Source of the DNA: Octopus sinensis
Taxonomy: Eukaryota
Direction: 5' to 3'
NCBI RefSeq assembly: GCF_006345805.1
Contig: NW_021825355.1
Location: 1 to 15,832 of the forward strand
DNA length: 15,832 nt
Shown: piece after piece, positions 1 to 7,699 of the stretch
Position numbering within the stretch: position 1 is the first letter of the stretch
Layout: every line of letters begins with the position of its first letter
Position numbers and translations under genes: made by a program
The notes under the pieces: model-generated
Told to the model about the DNA's origin: nothing
Database searches by the model: none
Seen by the model: the letters and a program-made list of their open reading frames with translations, nothing else

Positions 1-135
1 TGGTGGTACTAATGGGAGGAGAAAGGTGTTGAGACGGAGTTCTGGTAGCAGAATAGGCGGAGGGGGAGGAGAGAACACGTGCGAGTGAGCAGCAAATCTT
101 TCGCATCGAAGCAAGCAGAATGAAGCAGAAGAAGC

Positions 136-177
136 AAGAAGAAGAAGAAGAAGAAGAAGAAGAAGAAGAAGAAGAAG

Positions 178-207
<30 letters not shown>
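136..207. repeat. (AAG)n microsatellite, about 24 units
   Basis: Pure AAG run. It explains the poly-Phe ORF 9..392 on the minus strand. Confidence 0.97.
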
Positions 208-208
<1 letters not shown>

Positions 209-489
209 GTGAAGTTAACGAAGAGTCAAAAGTTAATTTCCCCTCCCACCCACCCGCCTCTCTTTCTCTCTCTCTGTGCCTGTCTTTATTTCTTTCAGTG
301 TTGTTGCATCCACCTTCGCCTCCCACCTCCAATAAACACATCACTAACTCTGGTAGATGAAACCAGTCGAGCGTAAACTCAACATTTGCCAATTGAAGTC
401 TTCGTTTTGGTCAAGAAAGCTGCTAGCGATAAGTTTTTATCTTTCTTTCACTACATTTTTACAGCCGCATCTTTCTTCTTCTATCTATG

Positions 490-505
490 TACGTGTGTGT
501 ACGTG

Positions 506-536
<31 letters not shown>

Positions 537-905
537 TTCGTTATCGGTAGATTTATGTATCTATGGGCGTTTATGAGCAAGCGTACGAGTGTGGGTTGAA
601 CTATTGGTACGGTATTGCCACATTCTCTCCCCCAAAAGCACGTGTGTGCATGTACGAGTGTGTGTTTGTGTCAGTGTGTTTGTCCATACGAATGTGTGCA
701 CGTGTGTGTGTGTGTGTGTGTGCGCGCGCATGCATCAGTGAGAGAGAGACAGACAGGGAGAAAGAATGGGGGAGAGGGGGAATGCGTGTGTATTACCTTT
801 TATCTTCAAATTGTTTCAGTCACCGGACTCTGGCAAGGCTGCAACACAAAGAATGTATATGTGTACGTACGTATGTATGTGCGTGTGTGTGTTTTTATGT
901 AAGTA
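490..905. repeat. Compound (TG)n/(GA)n/(TATG)n simple repeats with short unique spacers
   Basis: TG runs at about 492-536 and 700-722, GA run at about 740-752, TG/TATG at about 855-912. Confidence 0.85.
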
Positions 906-929
906 TGTATGTATATTTGCATGTATGTT

Positions 930-1059
930 TTTTTCTTTTATTTGTCTCGGTCATTTGACTGCGACCATGCTGGAACACCACCTTTAGTCGAACAAATCAA
1001 CCCCAGCACTTATTTTTTTTGTAAGCCTAATACTTATTCTATTGGTCTGTTTTTGCCGA
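930..1059 (-). mobile_element. 5'-truncated tRNA-SINE (CORE-like family), 3' half
   Basis: Reverse complement aligns with 3966-4090 (tcggcaaaa...cgactaaaggtggtgttccagcatggtcgcagtcaaatgac...aaataaaaga). Confidence 0.9.
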
Positions 1060-1147
1060 TACACGGAGAGAGAAAAATGTGTGTAGTAATATATAAGAAA
1101 AATACGAAAAAATAAAGTGAAAATGAAAGGGACAGTTTTACGAAAAG

Positions 1148-1150
<3 letters not shown>

Positions 1151-1203
<53 letters not shown>
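1151..1203. repeat. (AT)n microsatellite
   Basis: Pure AT run. It may be the internal (TA)n of the adjacent inverted SINE segment. Confidence 0.97.
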
Positions 1204-1206
<3 letters not shown>

Positions 1207-1374
1207 CGACGGGCCTCTTTCAGTTTCCGTCAACCAAATCCACTCACAAGGCTCTGGTCGGCAAAAGAGAGCGATGGAAAAGTACTAGGCTTACTGAAAT
1301 AAGTACTAGGCTTGTTCGACTAGAGGTGGTGCTCAAGCATGGCCGCACTCCAATTAGGTGATATAAATAAAAGA
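1204..1374 (+). mobile_element. Rearranged CORE-like SINE: inverted 5' segment joined to a forward 3' segment
   Basis: 1204-1262 is the reverse complement of about 3800-3860. 1258-1374 matches 3967-4090 in forward orientation. The junction shares tcggc. Confidence 0.88.
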
Positions 1375-1471
1375 ATATATATATATATATATATGGTTGA
1401 TGCCTTTCTACTCCTTGTTGTTTTATTCCTCCATCTTTCCCGAAATCCCTTTTTCTCCCCTTCACTGTTTT

Positions 1472-1641
1472 CTGTCCGCAACCAGGAGAACTGAGAAAAA
1501 TGTCGCAGAATTGAGTTCAGTTGTGAGGGGAAATCGTCGAATCACCACCCGTCAATTATCAAATATGGTTCAGTTAAGTCCGTTATCACCGAAGGCTTGG
1601 GTATGAGACGTGTATCTACCAAGTCTGTGCCGAAACTTCTA
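1472..1641 (+). pseudogene. Mariner transposase relic (HTH/linker region)
   Basis: Translates as RTEKNVAELSSVVRGNRRITTRQLSNMV, then after a frameshift KSVITEGLGMRRVSTKSVPKLL. This resembles the mariner pattern T.ENV..V...V..DRR.T.R.L and I....LG.R.V....VP+.L (WVPHEL linker). Confidence 0.8.
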
Positions 1642-1854
1642 TATGGAAAGAGAGAAAGTTAGTGAGGGATAGAGAAAAAGAGGGTGAGAGAGAGAGAGAG
1701 AGAGAGAAAGAAGGGAAGATAAATTCATAAGTATAATGACAAGCGTTGTCGTGTTTAATACGGCACGTGATCATGAGTGTGCTATCATTTCCGCCTAAAG
1801 ACGTTCAAGTAGCTAGCTTCTAACAAATAGCTAATGTTCGATAAAAAGTAATGC

Positions 1855-2153
1855 AACCGGGAGTTGAGCGAAAACACCTGAATCTCCACGAGGCTCTGGT
1901 GGGAGGTGGTGACGAACCCTGCTCTACACTTTCACCACAACTTTCTCTCACTCTTTCTTCCTGTTTCTGTTGTACCTAGATTTTAAAGGGGCCAGCTTTG
2001 TAACACTCTGTGTCACGCAGAATCTCCCAGATAACTACATAAGAACTACACGTATCTGTGGAGTGCTCAGCCACTTGCACGTTAATTTCACGAGCAGGCT
2101 ATTCCGTTGATAGGATCAGCTAAAACCCTCGTCGTCGTAACCGACGGAGTGCC
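1855..2153 (+). mobile_element. Probable 5'-truncated dispersed repeat (SINE-like)
   Basis: GC-richer block (gagcgaaaacacct...ctccacgaggctc...ccctcgtcgtcgtaaccgacggagtgcc) that resembles an abundant octopus SINE from recollection only. No second copy in the window and no intact A/B boxes. Confidence 0.45.
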
Positions 2154-2808
2154 TTGATATAAGTGTAGGTATATATGTGTACAAATACGTATATATGTAT
2201 CTAGGAAGAGAGGGAGAAGGAGAAAGAGAGAGAGTGTGTGTGCGGGGGGGGGAGCGAGAACGAAAGAAGTTAGATGGAGGGTGAGGAAGAATTAGATAGA
2301 CAGATAGTCATCTTTGCATTTATGAAAGTGGCAAATATTAAGAAACTCCCCAGAGAATCTGTAGATTTTTATCCACTTTGCATTGTAAATATGCTTAAGT
2401 TTCTGTCAAATTTACCAGGTCTTTAATGTTCCATTTAAAATAATCATACAATAATTAAAATGTCTCTTTCAAAACAAACTTATTATTCTAATTTCTAATT
2501 CCAAATAACAGTATGAATTCCATGATGTATAAAATTAACACAGAAGAATGAAGCAAAGAAAAATAAACATTTCGTTACACAGAAGTATAAATTATAGGTG
2601 AACCAAGCTAATGAGACGCTTGTAATTACATCCTGCGGTTTTAAAACTTAAATTGTATTGTATAATGAAGTCGTTCCCCACTGTAAACGAAGTCTACCCT
2701 CGTGCAAGAATTCAAAAATAATTCAAACCACAATAAGGTGGTGGATGCAGTGTTCGAATATATATGTATATCTGTGAATATAGTATGTGACAATTATTCG
2801 GTAGCCAT

Positions 2809-2869
2809 GATAAAACTCGGAGTTTCGGATGTCGGGGCGGAAACCCACGCCGCTATTTCTTCAGTTATC
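2809..2869 (-). ncRNA. Type I hammerhead-like motif, minus-strand copy
   Basis: Minus strand reads gataa CTGAAGA aatagcggcgtgggtttccgccccgacatcc GAAAC tccga GTT ttatc. Stem I gataa/ttatc, stem III ACT/AGT. The base of stem II is imperfect. Confidence 0.55.
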
Positions 2870-2900
2870 CGGCCATCGAAAAGCTGGTATGAAAAAACTG

Positions 2901-2961
2901 GATAACTGAAGAGATAGCGGAGTGGCTTTCCGCCCCGATATCCGAAACTCGGTGTTTTATC
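2901..2961 (+). ncRNA. Type I hammerhead-like motif, plus-strand copy
   Basis: gataa(2901-05) CTGAAGA(2906-12), stem II with gata/tatc and gcgga/tccgc, GAAAC(2944-48) tcggt GTT(2954-56) ttatc(2957-61). Confidence 0.55.
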
Positions 2962-3064
2962 ATGGCTACCAAATAATTGTCACATACTATATTTACAGAT
3001 AAATTCCTCTATTTACATAATATCGAGGTTTCTTTCATTCTTTTGTTGTCTTCTTACCATTTCT

Positions 3065-3067
<3 letters not shown>

Positions 3068-3118
<51 letters not shown>
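3068..3118. repeat. (AT)n microsatellite
   Basis: Pure AT run. Confidence 0.97.
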
Positions 3119-3119
<1 letters not shown>

Positions 3120-3196
3120 TTGAGGGAATATTAATCCTAACTTACAGGGAAAAATTCAATTTAGAAATACTAAATCAAATTTCACACAATATATAT

Positions 3197-3530
3197 ATAT
3201 ATATATAAATTAGAAAAAAAACACCTTTTATCAATTCAAAATGAACAATTAAATTACACCATCTAGAAAATTACATATAATAGAAATATTAAAATTAAAA
3301 TAACAATAATATACCGATGATTAAGTAAATTGCAAAAAAAAAATAAAAACGTATATATTAGGTTTTTATATATATTACGTTTTTATTATTTTTTGCAATT
3401 TACTTAATCATCGGTATATTATAGTTATTTTAATTTTAATATTTCTATTATATGTAATTTTCTAGATGGTGTAATTTAATTGTTCATTTTGAATTGATAA
3501 GAGGTGGTTTTTTCTGATTTATATATATAT
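3197..3530. repeat. AT-rich long inverted repeat, arms of about 155 bp, spacer about 24 nt
   Basis: About 3197-3352 is the near-perfect reverse complement of about 3377-3530 (e.g. caattcaaaatgaacaattaaattacaccatctagaaaattacatataatagaaatatt versus its complement at about 3438-3496). Confidence 0.95.
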
Positions 3531-3704
3531 GCTGGTGTTTTCACGTCCCCGTAACGTAGTGGTTCGGCAAAAGGGAGCGATAGAAGAAGTACTAGGTTTA
3601 CAAAGAACAAGTCCTGGGGCCGATTTGTTCGACTAACACCCTTTAATGTGGTGCTCCAGCATGGCTGCAGTGAAATACCTGAAACAAGCAAAAGTATAAA
3701 AGAA
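3529..3704 (+). mobile_element. 5'-truncated CORE-like SINE, 3' half, diverged
   Basis: Aligns with 3931-4090 (atgctggtgt...ggttcggcaaaag...gtgctccagcatggc...gaaacaag). Confidence 0.9.
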
Positions 3705-3713
3705 GATACATAC

Positions 3714-4107
3714 AGGAGTGGCTGTGTGGTAAGTAGCTTGCTTACCAACCACATGGTTCCGGGTGGCACCTTGGGCAAGTGTCTTCTACTATAGCCTCGG
3801 GCCGACCAAAGCCTTGTGAGTGGATTTGGTAGACGGAAACTGAAAGAAGCCCGTCGTATATATATATATATATGTATGTGCGTGTATGTTTGTGTGTCTG
3901 TGTTTGTCCCCCTAGCATTGCTTGACAACCGATGCTGGTGTGTTTACATCCCCGTCACTTAGCGGTTCGGCAAAAGAGACCGATAGAATAAGTACTGGGC
4001 TTACAAAGAATAAGTCCAGGGGTCGAGTTGCTCGACTAAAGGCGGTGCTCCAGCATGGCCGCAGTCAAATGACAGAAACAAGTAAAAGAGTAAAAGAGTA
4101 AAAGAGT
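3714..4107 (+). mobile_element. Near full-length tRNA-derived CORE-like SINE
   Basis: A-box-like tggctgtgtgg at 3719-3729. CORE-like accttgggcaagtgtctt...gcctc. Internal (TA)n. Tail of (gtaaaaga)3 at 4082-4105. No canonical GTTCRANNC B box is visible, so it may be deleted. Three other partial copies occur in the window. Confidence 0.88.
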
Positions 4108-4144
4108 ATATGTGTGTATGAATGTAAATATGTATGAACAAAGG

Positions 4145-4356
4145 GGTGGGGGTGCTGAAAAGTTCCTGGCTTTAAGAGTATCACGAAAGCCTTGGCTGGA
4201 GTCCTAGCCTTCCGAGCTCTTTTACAGGGCTTCGAAAACATTGAAGGACAGCTACAATAAGTGTGTGAATCTGAGAGGGGAATATGTTGAATGAAATCAT
4301 AATGAACTGATCCTCCTGTATTTTCTTTTACTCAAAGAACTTTTCAGCAATCTCTC
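4145..4356 (+). mobile_element. Non-autonomous mariner deletion derivative
   Basis: Perfect 13-bp inverted repeats tgctgaaaagttc (4153-4165) and gaacttttcagca (4337-4349). Internal 4220-4294 encodes FYRASKTLKDSYNKCVNLRGEYVE*, matching the mariner transposase C-terminus (FY..GI..L..RW.KC....G.Y.E). Confidence 0.85.
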
Positions 4357-4953
4357 GCCTTCCTGTAGGTGTGTGTTTGCATGTGTGTGGTTGTTCACAG
4401 TTATTTTGTTTTTGTTTCGGCTTACACAAAGCACGTTGAGCCACACGATCAACGCTAGTACAATGAAAAATATTGCCTAGTTTAAAAAAAAAAAAACCTT
4501 CTCTGTTGTATTGCATATTACAGTGTTTCACCTCATAAGGCAGATAAATCGAAATGTAACCACTATGGATAATATAAGGTAATATGGGAAACTAAAAGTA
4601 ATTATAAATTATATTTTTCAAATTTCTTGGTGTTTACACAAAGCAAAAAAGCGAATACTAATTTTTGAAAGGAAAATGATTATGTCCTTTAGATAACTTT
4701 ACGTAAAACAAATTTCTGAGTTATATATTTGCAAGAAATATATGTTACTATTATTATTTTCCTAAATTTTATCCGCATAATTGGAATCTACTGTATCTAA
4801 AACCTATCCGAGCAAAATTTCAATCAAAACTGAATTTTGTTGAAATCTATTATTACCTGCAACCAAGCCTTGCATTGATCCGGTCCATCTTATGTTGACT
4901 CTCTTTGAGTTTCCCTATCATTCCCTCTCCCCCTCTCTCTATACAATGTAAAG

Positions 4954-5158
4954 TGTACATTATTTATATTATTTACATTTGACAGATATTTGTCCTCATC
5001 TTGTTTGTTGTTAACACGTTTCGGCTGATATACCCTCCAGCCTTCATCAGGTGTCTTGGGGAAATTTCGAACCTGGATTCTCATTCCCTAAGGTATTTTT
5101 CGATGTTGTTGTTATCATCATCATCATCATCATTATTATTATTATTCAGGTCACTGCC
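4954..5158 (-). mobile_element. Inverted duplicate arm of the composite element at 5160-5726
   Basis: Reverse complement matches 5225-5357 plus 5638-5697 (ggcagtgacctga-(aat)n-gaaaaataccttagggaatgagaatccaggttcgaaatttccccaagacac...aatgtaca). Confidence 0.95.
5013..5055 (-). ncRNA. Minimal type I hammerhead ribozyme motif (intact core, 3-nt deletion at cleavage site relative to the plus copy)
   Basis: Minus strand reads gacac CTGATGA a ggctg gagggtatat cagcc GAAAC gtgtt. The plus-strand copy has gaaacgttgtgtt. Confidence 0.75.
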
Positions 5159-5159
5159 C

Positions 5160-5224
5160 GTGGGCATATGGCGTAGTGGTTAAGAGTGCGGGCTACTAAC
5201 CACAAGATTCCGAGTTCGATTCCA
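5160..5224 (+). promoter_or_regulatory. tRNA-like Pol III internal promoter (SINE-type head)
   Basis: A box TGGCGTAGTGG at 5169-5179 and B box GTTCGATTCC at 5214-5223, with tRNA-like spacing. The T-stem and acceptor stem do not pair fully, so it is not a tRNA gene. Confidence 0.8.
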
Positions 5225-5233
5225 GGTAGTGTA

Positions 5234-5275
<42 letters not shown>

Positions 5276-5390
5276 GAAAAATACCTTAGGGAATGAGAAT
5301 CCAGGTTCGAAATTTCCCCAAGACACTTGATGAAGGCTGGAGGGTATATCAGCCGAATATATATCAGTATATCAGTAAGGGTATAACAGT

Positions 5391-5622
5391 AAGGCGGCGA
5401 GCTGGCAGAAACGTTAGCACGCCGGGCGAAATGCTTTGCGGTATTTCGTCTGCGTTACGTTGTGAGTTGGAATTCCGCCGAGGTCGACTTTGCCTTTCAT
5501 CCTTTCGGGGTCGATAAATTAAGTACCAGTTACGCACTGGGGTCGATGTAATCGATTTAATACCTATGTCTGTCCTTGTTTGTCCCCTCTGTGTTTAGCC
5601 CCTTGTGGGTAATAAAGAAATA
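5391..5622 (+). mobile_element. Full-length tRNA-SINE (Meta-like family) with 15-bp TSD
   Basis: A-box-like ctggcagaa. B box gagttggaattcc, mutated relative to gagttcaaattcc in the 9130 copy. Central cctttcatcctttcggggtcgataaattaagtaccag. End aataaagaaata. TSD ggtatatcagccgaa at 5343-5357 and 5623-5637. Confidence 0.93.
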
Positions 5623-5736
5623 GGTATATCAGCCGAAACGTTGTGTTAACAACAAATAAGATGAGGACAAATATCCTTCGAATGTGAATAATGTACATAA
5701 TTCCTCATCTCTTAAATATAGAACTGAATATGAAGT

Positions 5737-5868
5737 GTGACAGGAAATGTTAACCAATATTTATCAGCTGTTATATATATATTAGGCAATAAGATAATCA
5801 GTGAGTTGTCAGAAAATTCCTCCACAGTCATTGTAAGTCCGGCATCATAGAAGCTGATAACCAGCAGG
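5737..5868 (+). pseudogene. Probable upstream part of an R4/Dong-like RT relic
   Basis: Translates VTGNVNQYLSAVIYILGNKIISEL, then after a frameshift HCKSGIIEADNQQ. This weakly fits the RT pattern KNYRPIT..N..YKI...I...L..HC..N.II..EQ and leads directly into the 6570 fragment. Confidence 0.45.
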
Positions 5869-5871
5869 GAA

Positions 5872-6569
5872 CTTTCTTTATTGGTCACACAGGGCTGAAC
5901 ACAAAAGGGACATATACAAATATAGAGCTTTTCTTTTCGAAAATGAAAAAGAAAAGGGGGAAATGAGGAAAAAAAGTAAAAATCCGATCAAAAGGGATCG
6001 GTGAAAAACAATCAAAAAGGATCGTGTATCACAGGATAATTTTAAAAATGTAAAAAACAAGGTTAGGTTTATCCGTGGAAAGAAAAGCTTACGGAAATGA
6101 CCACAGTAACTTCAGGCAGGGAGGGAATAAACACATGAGAGCAAAGCGCTCTCTCTTTTTTCGATTTAGAGGATCAAATCTCAAAGTGGTTTCATCCCTC
6201 GCATGCACCATCTTTGCTACATTCACCCATCTTTTTTTTTTTTTGAAAGTTTCGCGAAACAAAACCTGCCTCTCCATTCTCGTTCCTTTTCAAGTGGTAC
6301 TTGAAAAAGTTGATGAGCGATTGGCCAGAGAGGTAAGTGTTTGTCTCTAATCCTTTCGCTCGAGTCCACCACATACATTCTTTCACCATGGCCACCAGTA
6401 CGATGAAGACTGCCTTGCCTTCCCGATTGAAGGAAGGTGGCGTAGCAACCTTACAACAGACTCGGCCGACAGGCAGACTCGTCCCACACGTAACAGCAGC
6501 CGTTCGGCATAAGCCCACAGGTCCGAAATTGTTCGACACAGCACGCGTGCATGCAGAACGGTTTCGTCG
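5872..6569 (-). mobile_element. 5'-truncated L1/Tx1-like LINE: ORF2 C-terminus and 3' UTR
   Basis: Minus-strand frames read DETVLHARVLCRTISDLWAYAERLLLRVGRVCLSAESVV (zinc-knuckle remnant E-T-x-x-H-x4-C), then PPSFNREGKAVFIVLVAMVKECMWWTRAKGLETNTYLSGQSLINFFKYHLKR, then ERQVLFRETFKKKKRWVNVAKMV, with frameshifts. AATAAA lies at the 3' end (plus-strand tttatt, 5877-5882). Confidence 0.78.
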
Positions 6570-6912
6570 CAGCAGATAGAAAGATGGGAGTATTAGGGTT
6601 GCCGAACAATCTTTGGTAAACAAGGCTGAACTGTCTGAAGTAAAGAAACACAGTAGAAACCTCGCGACATTGTGGCTTGATTATAGGAAGGCATTCAGTT
6701 CTATTTTCCATTCATGGGTGCTGAAGACCCGGCACTTGACAAAAATACTTTCTACCTTAGTTGCTGACATTGACAGGTTCACCACCACCTGAGCAACAAT
6801 TCGTACACTTACAACTGAGAATGGAACTATCGTCTCTGATATTTCAAACGGACTATTCCAAGCAGATAGTCCAACTATAATTCTGCATATTCTGGCGTTA
6901 CATTTGCTATAA
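6570..6912 (+). pseudogene. Reverse transcriptase relic of an R4/Dong-like non-LTR retrotransposon
   Basis: Frame from 6604 reads EQSLVNKAELSEVKKHSRNLATLWLDYRKAFSSIFHSWVLKT...*...TENGTIVSDISNGLFQADSP. This matches RT motifs EQL.INK.I, W.DY.KAFDS.PH.W and GIFQGD.LSP. Internal stop at 6790. Confidence 0.88.
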
Positions 6913-7342
6913 TTTAAATATGTTGCACTTACATAAATAATTTCTCTTTTCTAGGCGAAAATCTAATGTGGACATAGAAGCTTCAAAGTCAGACAAAATA
7001 TCTTATTACACTTTGTTCGGCTCGTCTGGCCGTTTTGCGAAACGAAATCATAAAACGTAAACTTTTTTCTAGCCATTATCGCAAACGAATAAGTTAGTGA
7101 AAACTTATGCAAAACTCCACTGAATTAAATTAATGAATTAATTTGATTCAATCATTTAACTAACCAGACAAAGGAATGATAATTTAGCCGAAAATAGCTT
7201 AAACATTACATTTCACATATCATGTGAATATCTAAAATACATCGTCAAGCAGATAACATGAAAATCAAGAATGATATCATCAAAGTGCATTCCGTTTGAA
7301 AATGGATTTATTTGTGTGCCGTATTCCGAAATTGAACACTCG

Positions 7343-7363
7343 CACACACACACACACACGCAC

Positions 7364-7398
<35 letters not shown>

Positions 7399-7535
7399 GC
7401 ACATGCAAACACACACACACACACACACTCGCACATGCACATACACACACACACACCACACACACATACACAAACGCGAACGCACTCACATACGCACACA
7501 CACACACACACACTCACAAACGCGAACGCACTCAC
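7343..7535. repeat. Compound (CA)n microsatellite with duplicated caaacgcgaacgcactcaca motif
   Basis: CA runs. The motif occurs at about 7470-7489 and 7517-7536. Confidence 0.93.
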
Positions 7536-7699
7536 AGATATTGGAATAATCTGTTATGAAAATATTATTGAATAACCATATATGAGAACGAAATATATTC
7601 TATGATTTGTGATATCGCCGTAACATTCAAATAACATATAATAATTTGAATGTGAATCGGTGGCTTGCATATTCATTCTTGGTACGTTCTAACAGATTC

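Larger units (their letters stand above)
2770..3000. repeat. Long inverted repeat: 103-bp arms (2770-2872 and 2898-3000), 25-nt spacer
   Basis: Manual alignment of the arms gives 94/103 identical, with no indels. Confidence 0.97.
5160..5726 (+). mobile_element. Composite tRNA-headed, hammerhead-bearing non-autonomous retroelement (Penelope-like tail), interrupted by a SINE
   Basis: tRNA head, then (AAT)n at about 5236-5270, a body, and the hammerhead gacac TTGATGA a ggctg..cagcc GAA (5322-5357) continued by ggtatatcagcc GAAACGT T gtgtt (5623-5646). The 3' boundary is approximate. Confidence 0.65.

Noticed and set aside
55-85. G-rich tract plus CACGTG E-box as a possible promoter
   Set aside because: Short motifs are expected by chance in CA/TG-rich DNA, and no downstream gene was identified.
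299-352. Strong polypyrimidine/CAG acceptor and a possible 54-nt exon
   Set aside because: Weak donor and unrecognisable peptide. CT-rich tracts are common in this sequence.
820-854. Candidate exon after a TTTCAG acceptor encoding TGLWQGCNTKN (claudin-like GLW..C)
   Set aside because: Weak donor (GTATAT), embedded in microsatellites, motif too short, and no partner exons recognised.
4519-4796. Possible Tc1-type element bounded by tacagt...actgta
   Set aside because: The inverted match is only about 6 bp, which is insufficient.
5160-5224. Possible tRNA gene
   Set aside because: A and B boxes are present but the acceptor and T stems do not pair. It is fused to a repeat body, so it is treated as a SINE-type head.
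6295-6332. Apparent 38-nt micro-exon (pyrimidine tract + AAG acceptor, GAG|GTAAGT donor)
   Set aside because: It lies antisense within the L1/Tx1-like ORF2 relic, which explains the sequence. At most a cryptic exonisation site, and there is no transcript evidence.
7213-7559. Multiple H/T- or V/C-rich ORFs, as also at 9-392, 563-987, 10910-12041 and 14998-15324
   Set aside because: They are translations of dinucleotide, trinucleotide and tetranucleotide repeats, with no protein signal.
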